The notes: a model not told the origin generated them from the letters alone. A stretch of 62,740 bases of DNA, filler included, from Bonamia ostreae (GCA_040357525.1; 47 parts of 47 records of this genome joined end to end with filler, not necessarily neighbours in it), one strand, 5' to 3'. Shown: positions 23,541 through 36,438, counted from the first letter of the whole stretch. Program-made: numbers and translations.

Positions 23541-25520
23541 AAGAACGCAATGATGATTATCGCTGACACTACGCACATATATAATACACACTTATTTTTT
23601 AACAAGTTGGCAACACGCACTTCCTCCCAAAGTTTTCAAATGGACAATTTAACATATTTCATTGAAATAAAACTTTTAGGAAAAATTCTAAAATTGAAAT
23701 GAATTTCCAATATTGCAAATACATCTTAAAAGAAACAGAGAAGTATTTTGAGATTTTTTTCTCTTATATCTCAGTGAATATAAATATTCATCAACATATT
23801 CACATGAAATGAAATCATTCCTTCCTGAAATTAATTTTATTTAAGTCAAGTATATGTGAACACGACATGTTAAGATTGAAGCATTGGTCACTCATCAGAG
23901 CATGTAGTAATGTATTTAGTATAGTTATATGTTAACACGTGTTTTATCGAACACGTGCTTATGTTTATTTACATCGAACATAGTAATGTCAGGTGACTCT
24001 ATTTATATTTAAATACCTATTCGACAGGTATGTAAATTAATACCCACGCTTTGGAGTGTGTAAGAATTTCTCGCATTCNNNNNNNNNNNNNNNNNNNNNN
24101 NNNNNNNNNNNNNNNNNNNNNNTTAATTAATTAANNNNNNNNNNNNNNNNNNNNNNNNNNNNNNNNNNNNNNNNNNNNACCTTTTCAACCAATCAGACAT
24201 TACTGGAACATACAATGAAGAATGCGTTAACAATAATCAAGGTTTGGTTACATGATTTATACTGACGAAATGTATTTCTGGACGAAGTTTGGAAGTTGCC
24301 TCTGCCACCACGCCATAGAAAACAGAACTAGCGATCAATACAGTTAACAATTTCTATTCGATGCAAGGTTGTAAATGGTTTGGTGCCAAAAACGAGTAAA
24401 TGATACAATATATACTCCATCCTGAAAGATATGTGTATAAAGACGGCTAAGTCAACAACAAGTTACAGATATTCAATAGAAAAATCCACATGTTGATTGA
24501 TGTATATTATATAAATATCAACATTACTCTAAATGAATGCGCGTGCCTATCAGAAATCAATACATACTGTCAATTTTCTGTAACGTTATGCTTCCCTAGA
24601 CTTAAAATTTTCCATTTGCTTAACTTTATAAAAACAAGTATATGATATAGAAGTATATTACTAAGTGCACTCTTTAGCCACTGTAGACATATTCCTTCAA
24701 CGAGACCAATGTTAAGTATTCCATAAAATGTGCACTTTCTTTTTCAGTGTATTTGGAGGAGGGAATCAATATTCGGAGTACAGAATCCAATGTCATTCCA
24801 GTGGATTTTCTGACTGCAACATCAGAGACCGGCATTTCTGTTCCAGATTAGTGTATTTATACTGCTACGGTAATTTTCATTGATACAGTCTTTAAGAAGG
24901 TTAAGAGGACTGGGACTGGAGTCCGTAGTAAATATTACTACAATATCTGAGGTTAATATTGCATGGTCATGATCTCTATAACCAAATATTGGGTATACGC
25001 TGAATTCGTTATTTGTTTACATGATATATACACTTGCAAATGTTCCTTCATATCAAAATAGTAATATCGAATTTGGCGCCATAAAAGATCAGTGCGAATT
25101 GCATGTAATTTTGAGAATTTGTGAATAATAGCATGTATTCTTTGGTAGATGAAGTTCGCTAACATTTTTCCAGTTAATGCGGACTATGTTCTTTTTCCTG
25201 CAATGTTTGCTATGATAATGTCTCGTTTTGCAAACCAAAGAAAGCTATATCATTATATATATTTTACTCTACTTTCAATTACGTAAAATACAGATATTAT
25301 TGACATGTAAGGTATATAGACGTAAACGCTGAAAGTTACCTGACCTTGATTTGTGTCCATATTTGGTTGGTTGTTTTACGGCCCGTCGAGAATTTTTCAC
25401 TTTTATTGAAAAGTCANNNNNNNNNNNNNNNNNNNNNNNNNNNNNNNNNNNNNNNNNNNNTTAATTAATTAANNNNNNNNNNNNNNNNNNNNNNNNNNNN
25501 NNNNNNNNNNNNNNNNTAGT

Positions 25521-26213
25521 CTACAGCTTCTTAGACTTTTTGGATTTCTGCGATTTGCTGAGCAACGCCTTGTGAATGTGCGGGATGACCCCTCCTCCAG
25601 CTATCGTCGCCTTAATGAGATGGTCGAGCTCTTCATCTCCTCTTATCGCCAACTGCAAATGCCGTGGAGTTATTCTCTTCACCTTCAAATCCTTCGACGC
25701 ATTCCCCGCCAACTCCAACACTTCGGCTGTCAAATATTCCAAAATGGCTGCACAATACACTGAAGCGTTTCCTCCCACCTTTATGTCGCCCATCGCTCTT
25801 CTCTTCAAATTTCTGTGGATTCTTCCTACTGGGAACTTTTTGTCGAAACAATTGGCAAAACAGAAAATTAGATTTTTGCGAATCGATTACTTTTGCACTA
25901 AACTAAAAACTTGCAAACCGGCTCTCATCGAACGCGAAATCGGCGTCTTCTTTCCCTTTCCTTTTCCTCCTTTCGCTTTTCCTTTCCCCTTCCCGGATTT
26001 TCCTTTTCCTCCTGGAACGACCTTCCCAACGCCCGTCGGCAACGAAACTTTGCCTCCGGGCACTACAGATGGCGCGGGCGTTTTGTCAGCAGTTGATTTT
26101 GCGGGCGTTTTGAGACCGGCGCTCGGCGCGGGCATTTTGACGCTCGTTTGAACGGGCATTTTGCCCGCGACAGTAGAAACGGGTATTCCTATTTTGCCTC
26201 CTCCTTTGTCCAT
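25521..26213 (-). CDS. H2A.Z: Histone variant H2A.Z with a long N-terminal tail; exons 26213-25911 and 25835-25521 (75-nt intron)
   Basis: [17 protein letters not shown]...[61 protein letters not shown] is diagnostic of H2A.Z. Confidence 0.96.
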
Positions 26214-26854
26214 GGTTAATTTAAAGTTTAGTCTGTTTAAGCTGTTATTTAGCTATTGGATATATAAAAGGAGTCTAAAAATGGTTTGAATTGTTTATTT
26301 TTTTATTAAAAACGATTATTTTATAAAAAGTAGTTGGGATGCCTAATATTTAAGTTTTTTCTATTTTTAACAGATTTTTTTATTTTTAGCAGATTTTTTT
26401 CTATTTTTATCAAATTTTGTCATTTTTTTATTTTTCTCGTCAAATTAAATTTATATAATTAAATAATCAGATATATTTTTATGAACTGAATTGAAACTTA
26501 ATATATAAAATTTATTATTATATTAATTCATAACAATTTGAACCTAAACCGATTCACGATATTTCATAAACCCGATTCATAAACAATTGCGAAATACCCT
26601 AACCCTAAACCGATTCATAACAATTTAAACCCGAAATTTGTTATAATAAAAATTTAAACCCGAAAATCCAAACCAGCAGTTTTTCGTTGATCAATAAAAA
26701 AAACTGGCGAAGCGGCAATTTTAACCGGTTTATAAATTAAGAAAAATTGAATAANNNNNNNNNNNNNNNNNNNNNNNNNNNNNNNNNNNNNNNNNNNNTT
26801 AATTAATTAANNNNNNNNNNNNNNNNNNNNNNNNNNNNNNNNNNNNNNNNNNNN

Positions 26855-27904
26855 TGTATCAACATTTTTAAAGTATGTTTAATATAAATTTGCATCGAAA
26901 TCAGATTTTGCAATTTGTTGCAAATTATTTCTACAAAAATGAAAATTGAAACGGCGACTGAAATTCCAACGCCTTGTGATAATTTTGTCGTTTCCGACAA
27001 TAAAATCGAATCAATGTTAAATTGCGTGAAAACTGAAAATCTGAAAATTATTAATTTTGGTAAAAATTGTAAAATTATTTCGAACAAAAATTTTGATTAA
27101 AGGAGAAAAATTAATTAACGGTGCATCACAAATGGAAAAAATAGGAAAAAATATTATTTCGATCGGAAAAATTATCGAAGAAATTTGCAAAAATTTGAAT
27201 CAGAATTTAAAAAATGACAAAACTTTAGACAAAAATTTGGAAAACGATAAATTTTCTGAAAAAGACCAAAATTTGAACGAAGACAAATTTTACGAGAAAA
27301 AAGAAAAATCAATTGAAGACATTGAACAAGATTTTTCGGTTTATGAAACAGACAGAAAGTTTGACGAAAACGAAATTTCAGACGAAATAAGATCGAAAAT
27401 CAAACTAAAAGCGATGGAACTTTTAAACAAACAAATTAATTTGAAAAAAATCGCAAATCGGAAAATTAAAAAAGTTAAAACGACTTCGATGGCTCAAGAA
27501 GATCTTACCATTGAAGATCCTCGTTTTTTAATTTCCAATTCTATTTTTCAACAAATTTCAGTTCTATTTTTGACCAACAAACAAAAATATCAATTTTTCA
27601 AAAAGATCTTATTCCTCCAAAAGGAAAAGCGGTTCACAAATGGCTTGAAAGTTGCCCTCAAAGAGTAGTCAGTGCAGAAGACATTGCAAACGCCAAAATT
27701 CGATATCGTTCGGTCCATTCGAATCCAAAAAAAGGACTTGTGAAAGGCAGAATTTACATTTTGTCTGAGCGAACTGACATCAAAAGTACAATAAACGACA
27801 ATTTGGGGAAGCTGTGGGATTTTATAGCTTGCAAGAAACATGCGAATTGTTTTGAAAGAGGGAGAAGTCATCAGCCGATGATAAAATATAAAATACGTGA
27901 ATAA
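26855..27904 (+). CDS. Hypothetical multi-exon protist protein (5'-truncated)
   Basis: Coding-like segments are joined by GT..AAG introns (e.g. about 27523-27605) and end ...PMIKYKIRE*. No family was recognised. Confidence 0.5.
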
Positions 27905-28329
27905 ATTGAATTGAGATTTTTTATTTTTAATCAAATTTGTCACGAAATATATTTATTCAATTTCTCAGCGCATTGATTGACATCATCACCAGAATGAAGA
28001 AGAGCCAAAAATTGACCTTTTTTGTCCATTAAGAACATATAAGTTGAATGGTCAACATTGTAATCATCTTTGTCGTTTTCATCAAATTTACTNNNNNNNN
28101 NNNNNNNNNNNNNNNNNNNNNNNNNNNNNNNNNNNNTTAATTAATTAANNNNNNNNNNNNNNNNNNNNNNNNNNNNNNNNNNNNNNNNNNNNCGGATCCC
28201 CACATAAATCTATATTTCTTATAGCTGATCATGCAAAATGTCTGTATGTTCCTTCTTTGGAATGCTTAAAAAGAAATATCACGGTTTATAAATCTATGGT
28301 ATATGTGAATTAGAAGATATGAGACACCC

Positions 28330-28640
28330 GTCGTGCTGTAACACTAGTGGGCGGGTTGCAGAAGAGATTGGCGGGATTCTCTCTGCAATACGTTCTACAA
28401 ACCCGTGAATGGAATCGAGAAATTTCATCATTTCGAATTTACCATCTACGAACCAGGTGTCATCTTAGCTAAGCAAGCACCTGCTATGAAGCTCCGACTT
28501 CACAGAGACGGGGTAAACATTGATAAAATACTTCGATAACATTTACAGCTGGGCTTTCCGCAGACAGCGTTGCTTCTTCAAGGAGATTAGAACATTCGTA
28601 AACACCTGACAGGGACTTAACTAGTGCAGCTCCATGTGAA
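28330..28640 (+). pseudogene. Decayed transposon-derived coding fragment (host)
   Basis: DWRDS...FYKPVNGIEKFHHFEF...PGVILAK...AGLSAD...FFKEIRTFV with frameshifts. It resembles a recurrent invertebrate transposon-associated domain. Confidence 0.4.
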
Positions 28641-29550
28641 AGCTTTATCATTCGGGTACATACTATCTACAATCTTGAAATCAGAACATGTGCATGTACA
28701 GCATTTTTAACGTTTTAGCATATGGGTTTATTTTCAATAGACATTGGAAATATTTGACAACGAAATTGCGTAATATCATAAACGACGTATTCATACATCA
28801 CTGAAAATAGTTAAACACCAACACCTTTCTTATCATTTCAGAATTTAAAAATTTGATCGCATTTTACCTTGTGAGTTATGAAATATTTACATTCATAACA
28901 CGTAAAAGATGGCATAATGCCGATGTCTTTATTATTTGAAGATTCGCTTTGAATAAAATTTCACCAATATTGCGGGATTTATCTTATCGTCAAAATCTTC
29001 CGTTTTCGCCAATATACCACATTTGACAAAAGTCGGTCATTGTTAGTAATATCGTGACACAAAAGTCGGTCTTTGTCAGTAATATCGTGACACAAAAATC
29101 TACGGCTGCTATAACATCAAGTTTAAAAAAAAATTACTTTTCATATTTATGCAAGAAAGTAAATGAAGTTTAAATCCATCACATAGCCCGCATTTTGGTT
29201 TACATATTTCTATTCATTCAACTCTATATATCCTATGTCTGGAATTCAGGTTTCAAAAACCTTACACCAATTAGCGCGTATGGAATTTGGCTCATTCAGA
29301 GCATAATAGTATGCTCTACTTGGTGTAATTATGATTTAGCACTTCTTCTAGGTGCCATCATGGACAAATATATTTTTATCAACGATCTAATACACGACCT
29401 AATACATGCTTCCCTGCCAGGGCAATACCNNNNNNNNNNNNNNNNNNNNNNNNNNNNNNNNNNNNNNNNNNNNTTAATTAATTAANNNNNNNNNNNNNNN
29501 NNNNNNNNNNNNNNNNNNNNNNNNNNNNNCAATTTTTAATCGTAAAAAAT

Positions 29551-30596
29551 TTACTTCGACGAATTTCCGATCCCCTTTTCATTCTCATCGCAAAATGTGT
29601 CCCATTCAATTTTCTTTTTTCTATCCTTTTCTTCTTCACTTGACGACATATCGCTTTCAGTCATGTCGCTGTTTTTATTATTGGCAACAGGATTCATATC
29701 ATGACAAGAATGATCAAAATCAGTTCTCAATTTGGTCGGCGGATTAAAACTTCTAAAAATGTGAGTTTTATCAGTCATTTTCAAAATTTTCTTCTCGATG
29801 TTTGTCGACTTTTCTAATTTTTGTCGATATTCTTTCAAATTTTTATATTCGATGGGTTCACTCAAATCGTTTTGAATATGAAAGATTTTTCCATTTTTAG
29901 CAAAATTTTTTCGATCAAAATTATTTTTAAAATTGGTCTGGCCTAAATTGTTTTGACTAAATTTAAGAGCGAATGGCTGTTCTTTTTTTAATCTTTTGAT
30001 TTGGCAAAATGAATTTTCGATTGAATATTCTATTTTTTTGAGGTAAAAATCTCTTTTGGTTTCTTCGTTTTGGCTAAATTGCGAATTTTTATTTTCCTTT
30101 ATTTGTTAAAAAAATTTTAATTTTGTAAATTGTAAACAGTCAAATAATCTCTTAAAATTCTCAATTTTTTAGTTTGCGCAATCAATTTTTCCCTCGAAAT
30201 ATTAATTTCCGATTTTTCTTCAAATTCGTTGACAATTTTTTCTGAAATTAAATTGAACTCTTCACAGAAATGCAAAAAATCGAACAGATATTCCAAAGCG
30301 ATTTGAATATGAGCACTTCTCTCATTTGTAACAGTGATCTTGGAATACAGAAGAGCCAAATAATATTTGCAGAGAATTATGGGCAAATGATTTGTGGAAA
30401 TATCGTCTATTTCTTCGTTTTTGGAGAACAAAAAAAGTTTTTCAAATTTATTGTGACAGTTTTTTAGATCGAAAATCATTTCTTTTACATTTTCGGGATT
30501 TGACTTTTTTGTTAAAATTTGAGTTGAAATTTGAAATTTTACCTCGTTTTTATCAATCTTTTCTGTAATTTTTGTATATTTTTCAAGATTTTCCAT
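29551..30596 (-). CDS. TAP42: TAP42/alpha4 (IGBP1)-like PP2A regulator, multi-exon
   Basis: LFSKNEEIDDISTNHLPIILCKYYLA, SREKLIA and the C-terminal KKIEWDTFCDENEKGIGN all match TAP42 motifs. Confidence 0.82.
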
Positions 30597-31322
30597 TCTT
30601 TAAAACTGCTTATTAAAATAATCTGTTATATGAAAAATTTAATTTTTTCTAAATTTTTTTATTTTTCTACTTTTCGTTGTCTCCCGAAGGAAGGAGGCGG
30701 TAATTTTAAAAATTGAGAATTAATGTTTTTAAAAATGGATTGAAGGTCATATTTGTGCAGGATTTCNNNNNNNNNNNNNNNNNNNNNNNNNNNNNNNNNN
30801 NNNNNNNNNNTTAATTAATTAANNNNNNNNNNNNNNNNNNNNNNNNNNNNNNNNNNNNNNNNNNNNAGCAGTCAAAAAATTAAAGAATCACCAAATTTCA
30901 CTTTTGAAAACGAAACATTAGTTCCGCCACAATAAATTTTTCGCAAGCAATCGATTAAAATATCTACAAATAAAATGACCATCAATTTTCATTAAAAGTT
31001 TCCAAGCCATGCAACCTCCAAAAATGATCATTTGCCATTTTTTCATGTTGTTACAAATAATTAAAACGTCAAAAATAAAATGTTTTTAGCAATTTAAATA
31101 AGATCGAGGTTGTTTTCTGCCGGAATTGAATAAAGGAAGTTGGAAATACGACTTTAGTAACAGAGAATTTTATTTGACATGCGGCACCAAAACATACAAA
31201 GATACCGTCCTGAATTGTAACTTTGACGAAGATACAAAGATGTACAGCATAAATGTAGACGGCATCGTACATTGCCCCTCAAAAAATTAAATTCAAAAAT
31301 AAATTTAAAATTCCAAAAATAT

Positions 31323-31574
31323 TTATTTCTTTTTGCGTTTTGGCTTTTGCTTTTGCTTTTCGATTGACCCCGTTTGCCAAATCAAATCGTTTTTCCTGTA
31401 AAACGGCCAATTCGGCACACAAACGACTACGGACAATAAATAGCCAGCCGTTGTTATATAAAGAAACATGACCATTTCTTGGCGCACATAACCGACAACA
31501 AATCCAATAAATCCAAAAATCGATATGCAGAATTTGTAAAACCACATCATTTTTTTCTGCACACGAAGATCCAT
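31323..31574 (-). CDS. SPCS1: Signal peptidase complex subunit 1 (SPC12)
   Basis: MDLRVQK, two TM helices and the VCVPNWPFYRKNDLIW motif. Confidence 0.88.
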   Translation of the reverse strand: MDLRVQKKMMWFYKFCISIFGFIGFVVGYVRQEMVMFLYITTAGYLLSVVVCVPNWPFYRKNDLIWQTGSIEKQKQKPKRKKK

Positions 31575-31867
31575 TTTAGCTTTCTTTCGATTTATTTTAT
31601 GTTTTGTGATATAATAATTAAAGCTGGTAATAATTGAAATGGTGTTAATGATTAAATAATAATAATTAAAATGGTAATGAAAATTGTAGTTTGAATTTAT
31701 TCCGTTTTCTTTTTAGAAGTAATCGAAAAGACGTAAATTCCGATATGTTCAGCAATTTCGTTTACAACCAAATAAGCGTAAATAAGCGAATATGAAACAT
31801 TGAACATAAAAAGAACCAAAAGTAACATTTCAAAAGTTATTTTTTCTCTTATAAAATTTGCCTGACT

Positions 31868-32103
31868 AAATGAACTTTAATTTTATGTTTAAAAATTTTG
31901 GTTTCTTTTTGCAAAATAAAAATGGCTTTTACAAAATGAACTTTAATTTTTTGTTTAAAAATTTTGGTTTGTTTTCGCAAATTAAAAATGGCTTTTACAA
32001 AATGAACTTTAATTTTTTGTTTAAAAATTTTGGTTTGTTTTCGCAAATTAAAAATGGCTTTTACAAAATGAACTTTAATTTTTTGTTTAAAAATTTTGGT
32101 TTG
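31868..32103. repeat. 66-bp tandem repeat, about 3.5 copies, running into the contig end
   Basis: Unit aaaatgaactttaattttttgtttaaaaattttggtttgttttcgcaaattaaaaatggcttttac. Confidence 0.92.
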
Positions 32104-32203
32104 NNNNNNNNNNNNNNNNNNNNNNNNNNNNNNNNNNNNNNNNNNNNTTAATTAATTAANNNNNNNNNNNNNNNNNNNNNNNNNNNNNNNNNNNNNNNNN
32201 NNN

Positions 32204-32640
32204 GATTGTTACCGATAAAAACATCCGTAATAGTTGATTCGGGATGGCCCGGCGTAAAACTTTCGATACTTCGAAATTCTCGTAGATCCTCCAGAGATAC
32301 CTTGAAACCGAAGAGATGCAACAGAGAATACAACAAAGCACTCGAATGTCCATTGGACAACACAAATCGATCTCTGTCGACCCATTTCGAATCGACATTT
32401 GATATTTTGAGAAATTTGGAGAATAGCACATGCGCGGTCGGAGCCATTCCGAGCGCCGATCCTTTAAAATTAAAATTTCGGTTTCAAAATTTAATCGATC
32501 TTTTTTACTGACAACAACGAACCGAAATGACCAGAACCGGCATTGCAAATTATATCGGCGCACAAACTCCGAAGAGAATGGGTGCATTTTTCGTCCAAAT
32601 CGTCTTTTGCCGAGTAAACAGGTTTCGTGTTTTTAGACAT
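32204..32640 (-). CDS. TKT: Transketolase, N-terminal part (intron about 32462-32522)
   Basis: [25 protein letters not shown]...[11 protein letters not shown]...LYSLLHL...[13 protein letters not shown]. Confidence 0.93.
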
Positions 32641-32761
32641 TGCACGAATTTCTGATGAAGCTTTTTCTAAATATCAAGCTTTATTGAGTTTCGTTAAACA
32701 AAGTTAGTTTGCGATTTTATATAGAACAATTTAATATAAAATGAGAATTTTTGAGCTTAAA

Positions 32762-33046
32762 ATGGGTGATGTCCAAAAAAGTGAATTTTGCTTGTTTGAT
32801 TTTCAAGGAGAGTTTAGAATTCCGAATATGGACATTGATAAGCTTCATTTGGGCAAATGTAATTATATTGAAAACGGTAAAATTGAGTTGAGAACGAACA
32901 GTTTGAAAATAAATGGTCAAATTGAACGTTTAAAAAAGCCGTTTTTAGTTTTGAAAAGAGACAGCGACAAAAATTTGAAAATCGAGGCCGTTTTAACCGA
33001 AAAATATGTTTTTAAGAAGCGACCTGTTTTCGTTTTGGACAAATAA
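32762..33046 (+). CDS. CTF8: Chromosome transmission fidelity protein 8 (Ctf18-RFC subunit)-like
   Basis: EFCLFDFQGE...LGK...INGQIERLKKPFLVL...EKYVFKKRP follows the Ctf8 pattern. Confidence 0.75.
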   Translation: MGDVQKSEFCLFDFQGEFRIPNMDIDKLHLGKCNYIENGKIELRTNSLKINGQIERLKKPFLVLKRDSDKNLKIEAVLTEKYVFKKRPVFVLDK

Positions 33047-33167
33047 ATTTGCCATTTTCCAAACTTTTTAATTAGCAATCTTTAATAATAAACAAAATAA
33101 ACTCAAATGATAACTTTTTTGTATTTCTAATATATACAAGATCTTTAATATCAACAAAAATAGACAA

Positions 33168-33439
33168 ATGACAGAAGAAGATATAGAATACTCTACTAAG
33201 TACACAGACAACAAATATGAATACAGGTGATTTGCGATTTTTAAACAAAAAAGACACGTTATTCTTCCAAAAGAAATGGCCAAAAACATTGCCAAAGACA
33301 AATTGTTGTCAGAAGAAGAATGGAGAGGAATTGGAGTACAGCAAAGCAGAGGATGGGTTAATTACATGCGGCACAGTCCAGAACCTCATATTTTATTATT
33401 TCGAAGACCGTTAGGAACCGATCCTGAAACAGGTCTTGT
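33168..33439 (+). CDS. CKS1: Cyclin-dependent kinase regulatory subunit Cks1; 27-nt intron at 33227-33253; 3'-truncated
   Basis: [21 protein letters not shown]...[36 protein letters not shown]. Confidence 0.96.
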
Positions 33440-33655
33440 NNNNNNNNNNNNNNNNNNNNNNNNNNNNNNNNNNNNNNNNNNNNTTAATTAATTAANNNNN
33501 NNNNNNNNNNNNNNNNNNNNNNNNNNNNNNNNNNNNNNNAATTTTTGCAATTATTCGCGACATTTTAATAAAAAAACAACAATAATTTTTGCATTTAGTT
33601 GCGACATTTTAATAAAAACAACAACAATTTTTGTAAATTTATTCAAAAAACAAAG

Positions 33656-34319
33656 CCAACCGGCGTCGACGAAAGAGACCAACAACTACAAGAAATAACA
33701 CTCGCCATCGACGGATTGTTAAAAAGAGTAGAAGATTTGGCGGAAGATGGATTAGTCGACGAATCCAGAGAGTTGCTGGCTCAGATCGACTAACTGAACG
33801 CCGAAAAAAGAAAACTTTTGTCTGACGTCACTTCTCTCCGCGTCGAAGCCGAAACTCGCGACAGAAAACTGACCGTCTGCGAAATCTGCGGGGCTTTTCT
33901 GGTCGGAGATGACATGTCTGCTCGACTCGAAAGCCACATCGAAGGCAGACAGCACAACGGATTTATCATGGTGCGCCAAAAAATAGATGAACTTGAGGTA
34001 CTCGAAAAAGCCAAATTTTGAAAAAAAATCCAAAAATAAAAAAATTTTAAAATATCAAATTTCAGAAAATTTTGTCGTGTTTAAAAAGCCAAATTTCCCA
34101 ATAAAAAGTAAAAAAAATTAGAATATGAAATTAGAAGAAGTGAAATCAGTATCGGTGACGCCGCCGCCATCAAGCTCGAGGTCAAAATCAGTGGAAAGAC
34201 GGCGGAGAAGAGATCGATCTCGAAGCCGCAATAGAAGACGTTCTTCGAGGCACTCTTCGAAACATTCTTCGCGGCACCGTCGTTCCAGGAGAAGTCGGAG
34301 TCGCCATAGAAGACGATGA
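33656..34319 (+). CDS. LUC7: U1 snRNP-associated splicing factor LUC7-like (3' part), with an in-frame TAA at 33791-33793; intron 33998-34121
   Basis: EDLAEDGLVDES...RKLTVCEICGAFL...RLESHIEGRQHNGFIMVRQKIDEL (second zinc finger), followed by an RS tail. Confidence 0.88.
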
Positions 34320-34544
34320 ACGCCATAAATAAGAATTTGTATATTTTACAAAACATTTTAAAATGGTGAAACTACTATTTTTGGTTGTCAATATCGATTT
34401 ATATTTCATCTTCTCTATCGTCAGTTTTTCCATCATAGTTAAAGATGCACCCGCATTCCAGACAAATCAATGAGAATAAGATTGGTACCATAGAGGCGTA
34501 TTTATGTATCTCTCCTTTTTTAATGTTACATTTACAACTAAAGC

Positions 34545-34775
34545 AAATTAACTTTTAAAAAGGCTGAAATTAAGTAAAAGGAAATTTGAAAATAACTAAA
34601 ATTAACTTTAAAATGGCTGAAATTAAGTAAAAGGAAATTTGAAAATAACTAAAATTAACTTTAAAATGGCTGAAATTAAGTAAAAGGAAATTTGAAAATA
34701 ACTAAAATTAACTTTAAAATGGCTGAAATTAAGTAAAAGGAAATTTGAAAATAACTAAAATTAACTTTAAAATGG
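34545..34775. repeat. 53-bp tandem repeat, about 4.3 copies
   Basis: Unit aaattaagtaaaaggaaatttgaaaataactaaaattaactttaaaatggctg. Confidence 0.93.
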
Positions 34776-36438
34776 NNNNNNNNNNNNNNNNNNNNNNNNN
34801 NNNNNNNNNNNNNNNNNNNTTAATTAATTAANNNNNNNNNNNNNNNNNNNNNNNNNNNNNNNNNNNNNNNNNNNNAAGATATGAATACTTTTGAGTTCTA
34901 CTTTTATTTTTAAACATGAATCTCTAATTTTTTGGAGGGATGATGAATCTAGTCCTTGTTTGTATTACGAAACGTAATACAAACAAACAATAAATTCATA
35001 CTGAGACGATGTTAGTTGAAATATAGGCTGAAAATTAAGGTGTCCTTTTTCAATAGTAAACACGTGATGCGTAATATAAATCACCGATGAATTATTAAAT
35101 GTGTATGTGTGCTTTTGCGATAATCATTATCTGATCTTGAAATGTAAAGAAAACAAATTACCTTTACCGATTGTGTTATCGGGGTTTTGTGTTTTGATTG
35201 ATATTGTATTGTTGACATTTTCGTAGATGTATTTGTAGAACAAATTATCTATTTTGTGTAAAAGGTTTATATATTCTCCACTACCGAAAAGGTATACATA
35301 AATTCGAAAAGATGAAAATAGCATGCATCTTTAAAACCATTTTCCTTTACAGATAGTTCAGTCAAACGTCGAACGGCTGTCCAGATATTGGTGAGTGCAT
35401 TTGGGATGAATCACAGGAAGGTACTGTCCTTAACTGTATTTTGTCCAGTAACGAGTAATATAGACTCGACAACTCGTTAACTAGCAACACTCCTACCATG
35501 CCGCTCACAAGTTTTTGTTGAGTGTATCAACTGGATATACAATATACCTGGAATACGCANNNNNNNNNNTTAAACCAAGTTGAACTGTGCTTGTTTTAAA
35601 GACATCGCTTGAATTTGACAGCATTTTTCTCAACTTAGAAGGATAAAGCTATCACCTTTCCATTTATAAGCATCTTAGTTAACTTTGAAAGCAGAAAAAA
35701 ACTTGTGTTTTATACCTTTCTTACCTTTTGCAGCACCAGTGACAACTGTCTACACATTACTGTTTCCTATTACAAATAGAATTGAGAAATTGTTCAAATT
35801 GATAAGTGAAACAGCAAACCGACTTACATTTCTAATTTTTTACAGCGTTCGCATTTCCAATATTCCTGACATTCATCTTAAAATAGATTTAAAATAAACA
35901 ACTTAAATAATATCATATTAAAAGATAACAATATTGTTTTCAATCCATGTGTAAAGGTATATGTGGCTATGCCCAAAAAAGACAAAATGATGATTTCAGC
36001 GCAAATTTATTTTTCAACACTTCTTTTTTTATCTTCCATCGGCAGAGAAACCTCGAATCTAGAAGTATGTTTGACGAAGAACATGAGGCCAGCCTTGTTA
36101 TAGAAAATGAGNNNNNNNNNNNNNNNNNNNNNNNNNNNNNNNNNNNNNNNNNNNNTTAATTAATTAANNNNNNNNNNNNNNNNNNNNNNNNNNNNNNNNN
36201 NNNNNNNNNNNTGAAAGATACAAATGAGAAAAACAATAAAGATCAATGAAGCTAAATAAATCATCATAAAATATTTCAAATATCGTTTTTGGTTTGTTCG
36301 TTTATATAAAGTAATAAATGTTAACAGTAAATAAATCAACAAAATTAAATAGTTTAAATAAATTTGTTACAAACCAAAAACTTTGAATAAATAAGCGACT
36401 TAAAAGGTAATAAAAACAAATATTTTTAACAAACCAAA

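Noticed and set aside
27680-27740. AKIRYRSVHSNPKK resembling the N-terminus of ribosomal protein uL22
   Set aside because: The downstream sequence does not follow the uL22 pattern, and the match is too short to support a call.
33791-33793. Genome-wide stop-codon reassignment (TAA as sense)
   Set aside because: Other recognisable protist genes show no internal stops, and TAA, TAG and TGA all appear as plausible terminators (kinase and CTF8 TAA; ARL1 and H2A.Z TAG; RING E3 TGA). Only one case was seen, so it is kept as a local anomaly.
31868-34775. 66-bp and 53-bp periodic repeats (and the 24-bp repeat at 11641) as possible CRISPR arrays
   Set aside because: They are head-to-tail tandem units with no unique spacers and no cas genes, in a eukaryotic context.
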